From contig OZ244937.1 in assembly GCA_965222075.1 (NCBI GenBank), forward strand, positions 4,864,001 to 4,928,000: 64,000 nt of DNA, read 5' to 3'. The notes beneath the pieces are model-generated. The model ran no database searches. It was not told where the DNA came from and saw only the letters and a program-made list of their open reading frames with translations. Shown piece after piece: positions 28,893-38,004 of the stretch. Within the stretch, counting starts at the first letter, position 1. The number at the start of each line of letters is the position of its first letter. The DNA comes from Candidatus Latescibacterota bacterium. GTDB taxonomy: Bacteria; Latescibacterota; UBA2968; GCA-2709665. The position numbers were made by a program, and so were the translations under genes.

Positions 28893-30704
28893 ATGCTTGA
28901 CAGGTCGCACCGGGGAATCGCCGTGTTGACTGGCGCGCTGGGGCTTTTGTGGCTGGGGTGTTTTTCGTCTGCAAGCCAGGGCGCTTCCAGGGCCGAGGTA
29001 GACATAGAGCCTGATCCAAAAATCAGGGCGCTGCTGGAGCGGATCGTATGGCTCGCCTGGCGCAACGGGGAAGAGGCGACACGGTTGATTGAGGAGGCGC
29101 TTGAACAGGCGGAGCAGCTCCCCACAGAGGAGGATCGAACGGTTTCCCGTATGCGCGTCCTGGCGCTTAAGAGGCACGTTGCGAGGGACCGGAAAGGGCA
29201 GGTTCAGGCGTATGAGGAGGCGCTGAAGCTGGCCCGTAAACTGGGGGGGCGCCGGCTGGAAGCCCGCATGGTCAAGGAGATCGGCTTTGCAGGGTATCGC
29301 GCAAGAAGGCTGGAGGACGCTGTTTTGATACTCGACGAGGCGGCCCGGCGGCTTCGGCGCGTTGGCAATGGACAGGGGGCAGGGGAGGCGCTTCAGTGGA
29401 AGGGCAGCGCACTCCTGAGTATGGGGCAGTTTGCCGAGGCAAGGGAGGCGTATCTGCGGGCCCGGGACCTGCTGGTCAAATCGAAGTCCTTTTCGTGGGT
29501 TGCCATGTGCGACGCCGCACTCGGGTTCATCGGCCGCGTTGACCATGCCAGGGTGCCCGTTTTTATGACCAGCCACAGCTGGGCCTGTGAGATGGTCCAG
29601 GAGGTGGACGGGGTGCTGACCTATACGGGGCGTACACGGGCGGGGGGCTATGCCGCCCGGGGGGAAGAACGGGTGTTTCGGACCCTGCTGTTCGACGAGG
29701 CCGGATATATGGAAGAACTGGTGAATGCGTCCAGGCAGGCGGGGGAGGTATGGGAGGAGGACACCCGGTCCTTCGGCCGGCATCCGCTTCGAACCGTGGG
29801 TACCATTGTTGGTGATCGGGAACGCGTGACGGTGCCCGTCGGGACGTTCACAAACTGCCGCGTGATCCGCACGGTGACCCGGGAGACGGAGCAGACGCTG
29901 TCTGAGAGTGCCAGGACGCGCCGGTTGAACCGACGGTACTGCGGGGTAAGGGAGGTGTGCTATGCGCCGGGTGTGGGCATTGTTCGCGTGCGCGTTGCGC
30001 GAAAAGACGGCATCAACACGGCCCTTGTACTGAAAGATTACTCGATCCACGGCAAGACAAAGGATTACCTGCCTTTGGATGTGGGCAACCGGTGGGTTTA
30101 CGGCTGGCAGGGGACAGACGGGGAGGACCACTCTGCCGAACAGGTCTTTGAGGTCCGTTTCAACGTCGCCAACAGGGTAAGCTACCTGTCTTTCTACGCT
30201 TATGCGCACCGCATGGATGCCCCCCCCAGGTTCAGAGCCGATTCGCGGGCGGTCCAGGCGGGGTATACGCCGCAGGATCTGCCGTTGGGCGAACCGTCCT
30301 ATGTGGTCGCCCACGAACGGTTTGCGCAGTGGACCGATCACACCCGGTTTATCGCTCGAAGCGGCGAGATGGTGCGGGTGCTTGTGGGGGAGAACAATGC
30401 GGGGGTTCACGCGGTTCAGGTGACGCCCACGGTCAGGGGCGAGAGGGTGGATTTCAGGTTTGAGGCGATCGACAGGGGACAGCGTGTGGTGGCGGCATGG
30501 CACCTTGACGATGCAAGGCCGGGAAAGGGGGTTACCACTTCGGCCCGGTCCGTGTTTCGGCTTGAATATATGATCAAATTGCAGGTGAAACCCACGGTGA
30601 CGCCCGTAGGAGAGGTGGACATCGAATTCAGTGCGCTGGTTGCCATCCCCCCCACGCGAGAGGAGGCGAGACAGTGGAGGGCCGCCTCGAGGCGTGAAGG
30701 ATGA
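28893..30704 (+). CDS. Exported hypothetical protein (TPR-like N-terminus, beta-rich C-terminus)
   Basis: Signal-like N-terminus, helical A/L/R repeats, VTVPVGTF..C..YAPGVGIV motif. Confidence 0.6.
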   Translation: MLDRSHRGIAVLTGALGLLWLGCFSSASQGASRAEVDIEPDPKIRALLERIVWLAWRNGEEATRLIEEALEQAEQLPTEEDRTVSRMRVLALKRHVARDRKGQVQAYEEALKLARKLGGRRLEARMVKEIGFAGYRARRLEDAVLILDEAARRLRRVGNGQGAGEALQWKGSALLSMGQFAEAREAYLRARDLLVKSKSFSWVAMCDAALGFIGRVDHARVPVFMTSHSWACEMVQEVDGVLTYTGRTRAGGYAARGEERVFRTLLFDEAGYMEELVNASRQAGEVWEEDTRSFGRHPLRTVGTIVGDRERVTVPVGTFTNCRVIRTVTRETEQTLSESARTRRLNRRYCGVREVCYAPGVGIVRVRVARKDGINTALVLKDYSIHGKTKDYLPLDVGNRWVYGWQGTDGEDHSAEQVFEVRFNVANRVSYLSFYAYAHRMDAPPRFRADSRAVQAGYTPQDLPLGEPSYVVAHERFAQWTDHTRFIARSGEMVRVLVGENNAGVHAVQVTPTVRGERVDFRFEAIDRGQRVVAAWHLDDARPGKGVTTSARSVFRLEYMIKLQVKPTVTPVGEVDIEFSALVAIPPTREEARQWRAASRREG

Positions 30705-30760
30705 AGTGTGTTTTTTCAATATTCATCCTGGCAATATTATAACTTAAGGAGGAGATTGCT

Positions 30761-32089
30761 TTGGGAGATGCACCGTTTGATCAGAAGGCGCTGGTGGCCG
30801 CGTTTACACGGTTCGACAACGGGCAGAACGGGGGCCGCGGTTCGTCGGATAATCCGGACTCGGGGGCCCTGGGATGGGGGGAGAGCGGGGTGCTGGACGC
30901 GTATGTCAAGCTCTACGAGGCGACCGGAAACAGCAGGTGGTTGAATAAAATCGTGGCGCATTTTGACCGGATGGTCGCCAATATGGAGGATCACTTCAAA
31001 GACGGGTACGGCACCTGGGTGACGAAGACGTATTCGGTGGCCCTGGTGCGGACGGGGCGAATGCTCAACCGGGGGACGGCGCGGATTGTCCCGGAAGAGG
31101 AGCGCATCTGGACAACCCGGGGCGGCGATGCAATTGAAGACCGGGAGTGGATTGTTGAGTTTCAACCGGGGCGGCAGTACCGGGTGTTTGAGTACGGGAC
31201 CCGAAGGCCGGTGGGGAAAGGGACCTACCGGTCGGGGGCACCGATTGAGACGTTCGCGCCGTTTAAGGTCTCGATTGAGGGGAAGCCGCAGCCGGGCGAC
31301 CGGTTCTGGGTGCAGACGTTTGGGGGAGAGTTGATGGAGTACATTATCCACCAGGGCATGTTTCTGCATCCGGTGAGCCGGTTTGTGGCGTGTGTGCTGA
31401 GAGACCGGAAGCTGAAGGTCCGGTACGGGAAAAAAGCCAGGGAGTACCTGGATCTGATCGGGAAGATTGCCGGGAAGCACGAGCGGGATTGGGTGGATAT
31501 GACGCGTACGGCCGGGGGCTACCGGTTTCCGCCGTTGAAGACGGACCGCTTCCCCAACCGGATCCTGCCGCACAACCAGTACCTGGCCATCGGACGCGCC
31601 TATCTGTATCTGCAGTCGGTTTCCCGAAAGCGGCTTTTTGCAGACCGCGCAGAGCGGATGGCGCGGAATTTCAAGCGGCATCTGTGGAAGACGGGCCGGG
31701 CCTATACCTGGCACTACTGGGACTGGATCGAGGAGGGCGAGCCCGGGCACAGCGGGGTAGAGGATACGAGCCACGGGCACATCGACATCGGGTTCGCCGT
31801 GGATGCCTGCCGGAGGGGCGTGGTGTTCACCAACAGCGATCTGAAGCGGTTTGCGCATACGCTGCTGGACCAGATGTGGAACGGGTCGCTGGAGGATCCG
31901 GTGATCGGGGGCCGGGTGGACACCCGGGAGGGGGATGCGATGAACCCGGGGGACTGGATTGATCTGTGCCAGTGGCACCCGAAGGTGTGGGATGTGCTGT
32001 GGGCGGTGTTCTGCAAAGCGGGCCAGCCTGTACAGGCGGCGCCGTCGATTCTGCAGGGATGGGCGAGGCTGCAGGAGGGAAGAAGATAG
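30761..32089 (+). CDS. Hypothetical protein, probably alpha/alpha-barrel glycosidase/epimerase-like
   Basis: AYVKLYEATG..RWL helices, YTWHYW, EDTSHG; TTG after AAGGAGG. Confidence 0.55.
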   Translation: MGDAPFDQKALVAAFTRFDNGQNGGRGSSDNPDSGALGWGESGVLDAYVKLYEATGNSRWLNKIVAHFDRMVANMEDHFKDGYGTWVTKTYSVALVRTGRMLNRGTARIVPEEERIWTTRGGDAIEDREWIVEFQPGRQYRVFEYGTRRPVGKGTYRSGAPIETFAPFKVSIEGKPQPGDRFWVQTFGGELMEYIIHQGMFLHPVSRFVACVLRDRKLKVRYGKKAREYLDLIGKIAGKHERDWVDMTRTAGGYRFPPLKTDRFPNRILPHNQYLAIGRAYLYLQSVSRKRLFADRAERMARNFKRHLWKTGRAYTWHYWDWIEEGEPGHSGVEDTSHGHIDIGFAVDACRRGVVFTNSDLKRFAHTLLDQMWNGSLEDPVIGGRVDTREGDAMNPGDWIDLCQWHPKVWDVLWAVFCKAGQPVQAAPSILQGWARLQEGRR

Positions 32090-32109
32090 GGCGCACGACT
32101 GTGCGCCCT
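32088..32109. repeat. REP-like palindrome
   Basis: AGGGCGCAC-GACT-GTGCGCCCT, perfect 9-bp stem. Confidence 0.6.
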
Positions 32110-32153
32110 GTGCGCGGAACTATCAAGGTAAAGGAGACTTAGGGAGGTTTTAT

Positions 32154-35100
32154 ATGGACACATCCTGGGTTCCACCGGAGGAGAAAGGACACCGGGTGGT
32201 GCGGTTTCCGGAGCGGCCGAACGTGTTGATCGATCGGCGACCGTTCGAGGCGTTTCGCCTCGGGTTTGAGTCGGGGGACGAGGGATGCCGCGGGCGCGTT
32301 GAAAGGGCGATTGAAGAAGCTGAAAAGTGGGCCGGCAGATCGGATGCGTGGTTTCTGAGTACGATTTGGGACCAGGAACCGCGGGGGCTGTTTACCTGCG
32401 CGTGCCCGATCCACCCGTTTCTGGTGCGGTATTACAGCTATTTTGAGTGGTCGCTGGAAGACCCGTGGCGGCTCTACTGCTCCTACTGCAAGGAGGAGGG
32501 GCGGGAATACGACTATTATCCCAACCCCCGGTATTCGGACGATGGAGGGGGATGCTTTCCTACGGACGAGGTGTGGCGGGAAGACCACGACGAGGCGTGG
32601 AGCCAGGCGCACAACGGGATTCCGTGGGACCACTGGGACGGGGAGACGCACGGATACATGGAGCCCACAAACGCCTACTACTTCAAGGGGCTCTGCTGGA
32701 TGAACGCCTTCCGGGCGCTGTCGGGAGGCGTGCTGCACCGGCTGGGGGAGGCGTATCAGTTTGCGCTGAAGCTGCGCTCGGACGAGGCGGCCGCCGGGCG
32801 GTTTGCACACAAAGCAAAGGCGATTCTGGTCACGTTGTCGCGGGCATTTCTGGGCGATGGGTATCTGGCCGGGGTGCTGGAGATTTCAGAGGCGGAGTTC
32901 CTGGGACGGCTGGCGGATTTCTATGAGCCAGGGACCGAGGTAGGCGCCTATCCGGGGTATCGGCTCAACACGCCGCAGGATTATATGGCAGGCGATCCGA
33001 AGCGGCCGTTAGACACGTCCGGAAGCCGCTACGGCGTCAGAGGGGCGTCGATCTATCCTGGGGTGTGGAACTGGAAGGCGTCAGAGGCAGACGATCTGAT
33101 GGTGGGCTACGGGCTGATCGCCGAGGCGTTTGATGAGGCGGAATGCGCGCAGGGGCTCAAAGACGCCGCGCTTCGGATCGTGACGTCGGTGGAGGGCGAT
33201 GCGGAGCGGCTGAAGCAGGCGGGGCAGCGGCTGAAGCGGGGCATCGTGGAGTATACGCTGCATCCCTATACGCTTGTGACGGGCGCGGACAACCTCTCCC
33301 CATCGACGCAGATGCCCAGGCTGGCGCTGGGACGACTGGTGGGAGAGGACGAGATTGTGGAGAATGTGGCGAGAGATATCGTCTGCTTTCTCCACAATTT
33401 CTTCACGGGCGACGGCCTGGGCAAGGAGGGTTCGCCCTCTTATACGACCTGGGGGATCGGAGAGGTGATGGCGGCGCTGCACGGCGAGGTGGGCAATTTC
33501 GACCGGACGGCGCCCTATTTTGATGGGGCCCTGGGGGGCCTGAATCTGCTTTCGATGCCGATCTTTCGATACGGTCTGGGGAACTACCTCTACACGGGGT
33601 TCCCCAACGGCCGGCCGGTTACGTGGGAGGATTGCGTGATTCGGGCAAGCATGCCCCTTCATCAACTTGAGCAGGTGGAGGCGATGGGCGGGGGCGTGCC
33701 GGAGGTCTACCGGGAGTATCTGAATTTTAAACGCAATGAGGCGGGGGAGCCGGTTGTGACCCTCAAGCTGCCTATGGTTCTGCCCTCCCGCCTGCTGGGG
33801 GAAAACCGGAAGGGGGTGCTTAGAAGTGGTGCGGGTGAGAACACCCGGGCGCTGTCGGTCGATTTTACGGAGCGTGTGGGACACTACCACATGGCGCCGC
33901 TGAACCTGACGCTGTTTGCGAAAGGACACGAACTGGCGACCGACCTGGGGTACCTGGGGTCGACACACTTTATGACGGTGGACTGGATCAAGACGTTTCC
34001 GGCGCACAATACGGTGGTGATCCGTACAGAGGATGGGGACCCGATGGTTACGGACAACCTGCGGGGAGATGTGCGCTATTTCAAGGATCTGCCGGGTGTG
34101 GTGGCGATGGATGCGGCAGAGGAGGACGCGTCGGAGCTGGCGAAGGCGCCGGGGACGGATCGGTATCAGCGGACGGTGGCGATGATCGACGTGGACGAGA
34201 CGGACGCCTATGTGGTGGATATTTTCCGGGTGAACGGCGGGCGCCTGCACGACTGGACGTTTCACAGCAACGGGCATCGGTTCGAGACGGAGGGCGTGGA
34301 ATTGGCCGAGCGCCCGGACCGGGAGGAGACGCTTTACGAGTACAGCGGGTTCAGCTTTACGCCAGGCCGGCGGACACCGGGGCAGGGTGCCAGGTGGGGG
34401 TCAGAGCGGGTCTCCGCTTTGAGGGCGGGTAAGAGCAGCGGCGGCTGGACGGCGACATGGGGGGATGTGACGGAGTTTCCAGGTGAGGATGGAACGCCGG
34501 AGGTGGACCGAGAGGTATTTTTGAAGCTGCACATGCTCGATGAGGTTGGATCGGAAGTGATCGTGGGCACAGGTCCGGCGCAGCGGTGGATAGACAACCG
34601 GGATATGGGCGAGGAGATGTCGATTGTGACGGTGAGGCGGCAGAACGGAGAAGGGCTGGATACGTTTGCGGCGGTGTACGAGCCTTACCGGCAGGCGACG
34701 TTTATCGAGCAGGTCGCACGCGTGGAGGTGACATCGGCAGACCCGGAAGCGGTCGGTCTGAAGGTGGTGCACAGGAGGGGAACGGATCTGATCCTGAGCG
34801 GGAATGCGGCCGACGGCCGGTCGGAGGTTCTGCAGGTCGAGACGGCCGGGCACGTGCTGCAAACGGACGGAGAACTGGCCGCCGCGTCGTTCGACGGGGA
34901 GGGGCTGCGGTCGGTTTCGGTGATTGGAGGAACATTTGCCCAGGCCGACGGGCAGCGGGTGGAGGTCGCCCCGACGGTTGAGGGAACGCTGGTGGGGTTC
35001 GACGATGTGGAGAAGTCGCTGACGGTGAAGCCGGACGGAGAACTGCCCGGTGGGGATGCGCTTGCGGGGGAGGTTGTGACGATCAGGCACCGGGAGCGGA

Positions 35101-35540
35101 CGTCGGCTTATACGATCCGGTCGGTCGAAGAGGTGGGGGACGGGACGGTGAAGCTGCACCTGGACGGCTGGCCGCATCTGGCGATCGGCTACCTGCTGGT
35201 GACCGGTGTGGAGGCGGACCGGGTGTGGGTGGAGCCGCCGCCGGTGCTGCAGGGGAAGGTGGAAAACGTCAATCTGTTCAAGGTGGAGGCAGACCGGAGC
35301 CTGCGTTTTCTGCAGCCGTCGGGTGAGCGAACCAACCCCGGTATTTTCTGGATGTGGAGCGGCGAGCGGGGCGCGGACGGGATCTTAGATGAGTGGGGCA
35401 CACTGATTCGCAGCCGACACTATCTGACGCTGGAGGAGGCCGAGCAGGTGAGCGCGGGCGAGGAGGTCGCGTTTTCTCTTCTGCACCCGGGTGTGGACCG
35501 GTTTGGAATTATGGGGTCCGGACATGATGTAACGCAGTGA
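32154..35540 (+). CDS. Heparinase II/III-like (lyase-fold) protein with CxxH/CxxC N-terminal region
   Basis: EGSPSY, GHYH..LNL.LFAKG..LATDLGY, AHNTVVI, YVVDIFRV.GG..HDW.FH; ATG 32154 after GGAGG. Confidence 0.75.
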   Translation: MDTSWVPPEEKGHRVVRFPERPNVLIDRRPFEAFRLGFESGDEGCRGRVERAIEEAEKWAGRSDAWFLSTIWDQEPRGLFTCACPIHPFLVRYYSYFEWSLEDPWRLYCSYCKEEGREYDYYPNPRYSDDGGGCFPTDEVWREDHDEAWSQAHNGIPWDHWDGETHGYMEPTNAYYFKGLCWMNAFRALSGGVLHRLGEAYQFALKLRSDEAAAGRFAHKAKAILVTLSRAFLGDGYLAGVLEISEAEFLGRLADFYEPGTEVGAYPGYRLNTPQDYMAGDPKRPLDTSGSRYGVRGASIYPGVWNWKASEADDLMVGYGLIAEAFDEAECAQGLKDAALRIVTSVEGDAERLKQAGQRLKRGIVEYTLHPYTLVTGADNLSPSTQMPRLALGRLVGEDEIVENVARDIVCFLHNFFTGDGLGKEGSPSYTTWGIGEVMAALHGEVGNFDRTAPYFDGALGGLNLLSMPIFRYGLGNYLYTGFPNGRPVTWEDCVIRASMPLHQLEQVEAMGGGVPEVYREYLNFKRNEAGEPVVTLKLPMVLPSRLLGENRKGVLRSGAGENTRALSVDFTERVGHYHMAPLNLTLFAKGHELATDLGYLGSTHFMTVDWIKTFPAHNTVVIRTEDGDPMVTDNLRGDVRYFKDLPGVVAMDAAEEDASELAKAPGTDRYQRTVAMIDVDETDAYVVDIFRVNGGRLHDWTFHSNGHRFETEGVELAERPDREETLYEYSGFSFTPGRRTPGQGARWGSERVSALRAGKSSGGWTATWGDVTEFPGEDGTPEVDREVFLKLHMLDEVGSEVIVGTGPAQRWIDNRDMGEEMSIVTVRRQNGEGLDTFAAVYEPYRQATFIEQVARVEVTSADPEAVGLKVVHRRGTDLILSGNAADGRSEVLQVETAGHVLQTDGELAAASFDGEGLRSVSVIGGTFAQADGQRVEVAPTVEGTLVGFDDVEKSLTVKPDGELPGGDALAGEVVTIRHRERTSAYTIRSVEEVGDGTVKLHLDGWPHLAIGYLLVTGVEADRVWVEPPPVLQGKVENVNLFKVEADRSLRFLQPSGERTNPGIFWMWSGERGADGILDEWGTLIRSRHYLTLEEAEQVSAGEEVAFSLLHPGVDRFGIMGSGHDVTQ

Positions 35541-35615
35541 ACGCCGGTGTGAAAAGGGATTATTCCCGGGGGAAGAGCTCTTCAACTTCAAGCAACCCGT
35601 CACCGGTTGACAGGC

Positions 35616-37643
35616 TCAAAACCACTGATGCACCCGGTGCCCGTGGTTTGGAAACCAGATGCTATCCACAACGATCCCCAAGGCTACGGCAAGTATATAG
35701 CCGATGAGTACGCCGTAGAAGAACGGCTTCGTCTCACGGTAGAAGGACGCCCCGGCGATCCGGATTGTCAGGTATTTTGCCGCCCAGGCAATGAATATGG
35801 TCGTGCTGGTCAGCCGTGTGAGCGACATCCCCGACAGGGCGAAACCGACCGGGTGCAGTGGCCACCAGGAAAACCGGTAGCGCATCAGATTGATCAACAC
35901 CATACCGGCTGCACCGCCCAGGAAAAACCCGTAGTCCGCCGGTACTACCGGAGTGGGGCTCAACACCTCGCTTACCGCCTTCTGGTACTGCCAGGGGCCA
36001 TTGCCGATGATCAACCAGTTGGGTCGAAAGTTGTAGCCGCCGATCGTATATCCCAGCCAGATGTTGTAAAGCGTGGAGGTAACCATCCCGACGACGAAGG
36101 CCGAGCTTAACGCCCAGAATAGTCGGCGTTTTCCCTGGGTCATGGAATCTGCCAGACGGTTGATATGGACCAGCGGCATCATCAGGAAAGCTCGATAGTG
36201 GGTCATCGGAAACCATGCCAGGCAAGAGACCGCGTTTGTGGGGCCCTTGAGGGCCTCTGCTCCACCCAGCAGCGTCACAGAAAGATTCCAGGCGGAGGTC
36301 GGTGGATTCGTGTAGATGAGTCCGGAATCCACCACGACCTTGGTCACGCCAAGAAACAGAATCAGCATAAAGGGAATCAGGAGCAGAATAAGTCTCAAAT
36401 CGATCCCGATCCGGTTCAGCCAGGTTGCAACATAAAGGCAGCTGAGAACCAAACCGATCAGTGCGGTCCGATAGGAGAGCAGCTCCCTGCTGTCGTCTGT
36501 GGGAGAGCGATCCGGATGGAGGGCCTTTTGAAAGACCTCGCGCAGATGCGGACGAGAGATCCAGACCCACCACAGGACCAGCGCCACGAACGCCCCGGTG
36601 GTCTGCCATCGGAACGACCCCGTCGTGTAGTGAGGGGAGGTGGCCGCCAGCCCCAGGCGATTCAGGGCCCCGGCCTCGAAAATGTAGAGGATGTCAAAAA
36701 ACCAGATGCTGAAGAGGACCTCCAGACTGGCGAAATAGGAGAAACAGATTACTACCGTGCTGAGATTGATGAAGATGGGAGGGTAGTATTCGGAATAGAA
36801 GATCCAGTTCCACTGGGCCACCGGAAAGGTCGGAACGTGAGGATAGAACCAGGAAATCATGTTCCAGCAAAAGATCGTCAGAATCAGGATGAAACCGGTC
36901 CAGAAGGCTTTTCCCACCATGATCTCCGGCACCACTCTCCTCCCGGTGCCCGCCTGAGCCGTCAACTCCGCAATTGGGGTGATCATGGGATAGATCAGCT
37001 TCTCATTGTCCGACCATTGCCGGTGAATGATTACCGATGCGCACACACAGGCGAATCCCACGGCACAGATCAGTATAAACCACGAGATGAGTGGTACCGT
37101 CCATACATTCCACGGGATGGCAGCCCCTCCTGGCAGCCCCTCGTAAAACCAGCTCATGGCTCCACTCTCGTTGGTTGGTACAAGCCAACTCGGGAGGTAG
37201 GGATGAAGATACTCGGACCACTGGTTTTCCGGACTCGCGAAGTAGTAAGGCGCTGAAATGATCCCGACAAGATAGCCGCTCACGCCGTAGGTGGGACCGT
37301 AAGCCCCGACAAGCCCCATCGAGAAGATCGTGATCCATTCCGTTTGCGAGAACACAAACCACCGCCCGAACCAGCGGGCCAGGGCCGCAAAGAGGAGCAT
37401 GGACAGCAGAAAGAGGACAAAGTTCGACATCGGCATGTGGCTGAAGGCCATATAGGATCCATGTTGCGCAAAACGGACCGTATTGGCCAGCATGCCCACG
37501 GCCGCAGAAAGTAAAATTCCGAACGTGAACGCCCGGGGCGTGACCCCTCGCCCGGGATGTCTTCCCGCAGTACCCCCCAGATCTTTTTCCAGCGCGCCTC
37601 CAGATCGTCCCCGAGATACATTCCGCTCCTGGGATTCGCTCAT
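35616..37643 (-). CDS. DUF6785/DUF6784-like membrane protein, paralog 2
   Basis: YFASPENQW, HRQWSDNEKLIYP, SYRTAL, WWPLHPVGF, PFFYGVLIG. Confidence 0.75.
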   Translation of the reverse strand: MSESQERNVSRGRSGGALEKDLGGTAGRHPGRGVTPRAFTFGILLSAAVGMLANTVRFAQHGSYMAFSHMPMSNFVLFLLSMLLFAALARWFGRWFVFSQTEWITIFSMGLVGAYGPTYGVSGYLVGIISAPYYFASPENQWSEYLHPYLPSWLVPTNESGAMSWFYEGLPGGAAIPWNVWTVPLISWFILICAVGFACVCASVIIHRQWSDNEKLIYPMITPIAELTAQAGTGRRVVPEIMVGKAFWTGFILILTIFCWNMISWFYPHVPTFPVAQWNWIFYSEYYPPIFINLSTVVICFSYFASLEVLFSIWFFDILYIFEAGALNRLGLAATSPHYTTGSFRWQTTGAFVALVLWWVWISRPHLREVFQKALHPDRSPTDDSRELLSYRTALIGLVLSCLYVATWLNRIGIDLRLILLLIPFMLILFLGVTKVVVDSGLIYTNPPTSAWNLSVTLLGGAEALKGPTNAVSCLAWFPMTHYRAFLMMPLVHINRLADSMTQGKRRLFWALSSAFVVGMVTSTLYNIWLGYTIGGYNFRPNWLIIGNGPWQYQKAVSEVLSPTPVVPADYGFFLGGAAGMVLINLMRYRFSWWPLHPVGFALSGMSLTRLTSTTIFIAWAAKYLTIRIAGASFYRETKPFFYGVLIGYILAVALGIVVDSIWFPNHGHRVHQWF

Positions 37644-37865
37644 AGAAAGCCTCCGAGGATAAGGAGGGTGGGTGTTGACCTGGGATTGTCTCACATCGCT
37701 TGGCCTGACCAACGAATCTGCTCATGGGCTGATGCCACAGTATAGCTGTCATGCGCTCACAGTCAACCTTTTTTTGTCCCTTAACTCAGCTGTTCGGGAA
37801 AATTTTTTGTTGATCCGGGTGAAGCAATGTATTAACATTCAGGCCTTAGCATAGCAGATAAACGA

Positions 37866-37965
37866 CCGCCGGAGACCAACTTCCTGGTAGAGGTAGGGCC
37901 GGCGGCCTGCAGGGTGATGCGAGGCGGCTCTACAGTCTTCTCAGATGTCCGATAGAGAAGGCTGT
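37866..37965 (+). ncRNA. Candidate structured cis-regulatory leader, copy 1
   Basis: 68/83 identity to 53504-53586; conserved stems; lies between a promoter-like TTGATC..TAACAT and ATG 38005. Confidence 0.6.
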
Positions 37966-38004
37966 CCGGATGACGATGCCACATTTTTGAAAGGGGGTTC
38001 CTGT

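Noticed and set aside
28839-30719. Long antisense or alternate-frame ORFs (626 aa here; also 15676-16908, 17007-18230, 49192-50667 and others)
   Set aside because: Shadow ORFs of GC-rich genes, with no recognisable motifs or RBS and fully overlapping better-supported CDSs
37866-37947. Assigning the duplicated leader to lysine, purine or yjdF riboswitch classes
   Set aside because: Only short words (GGUAGAGG, CUAC) are shared; length and conserved cores do not match
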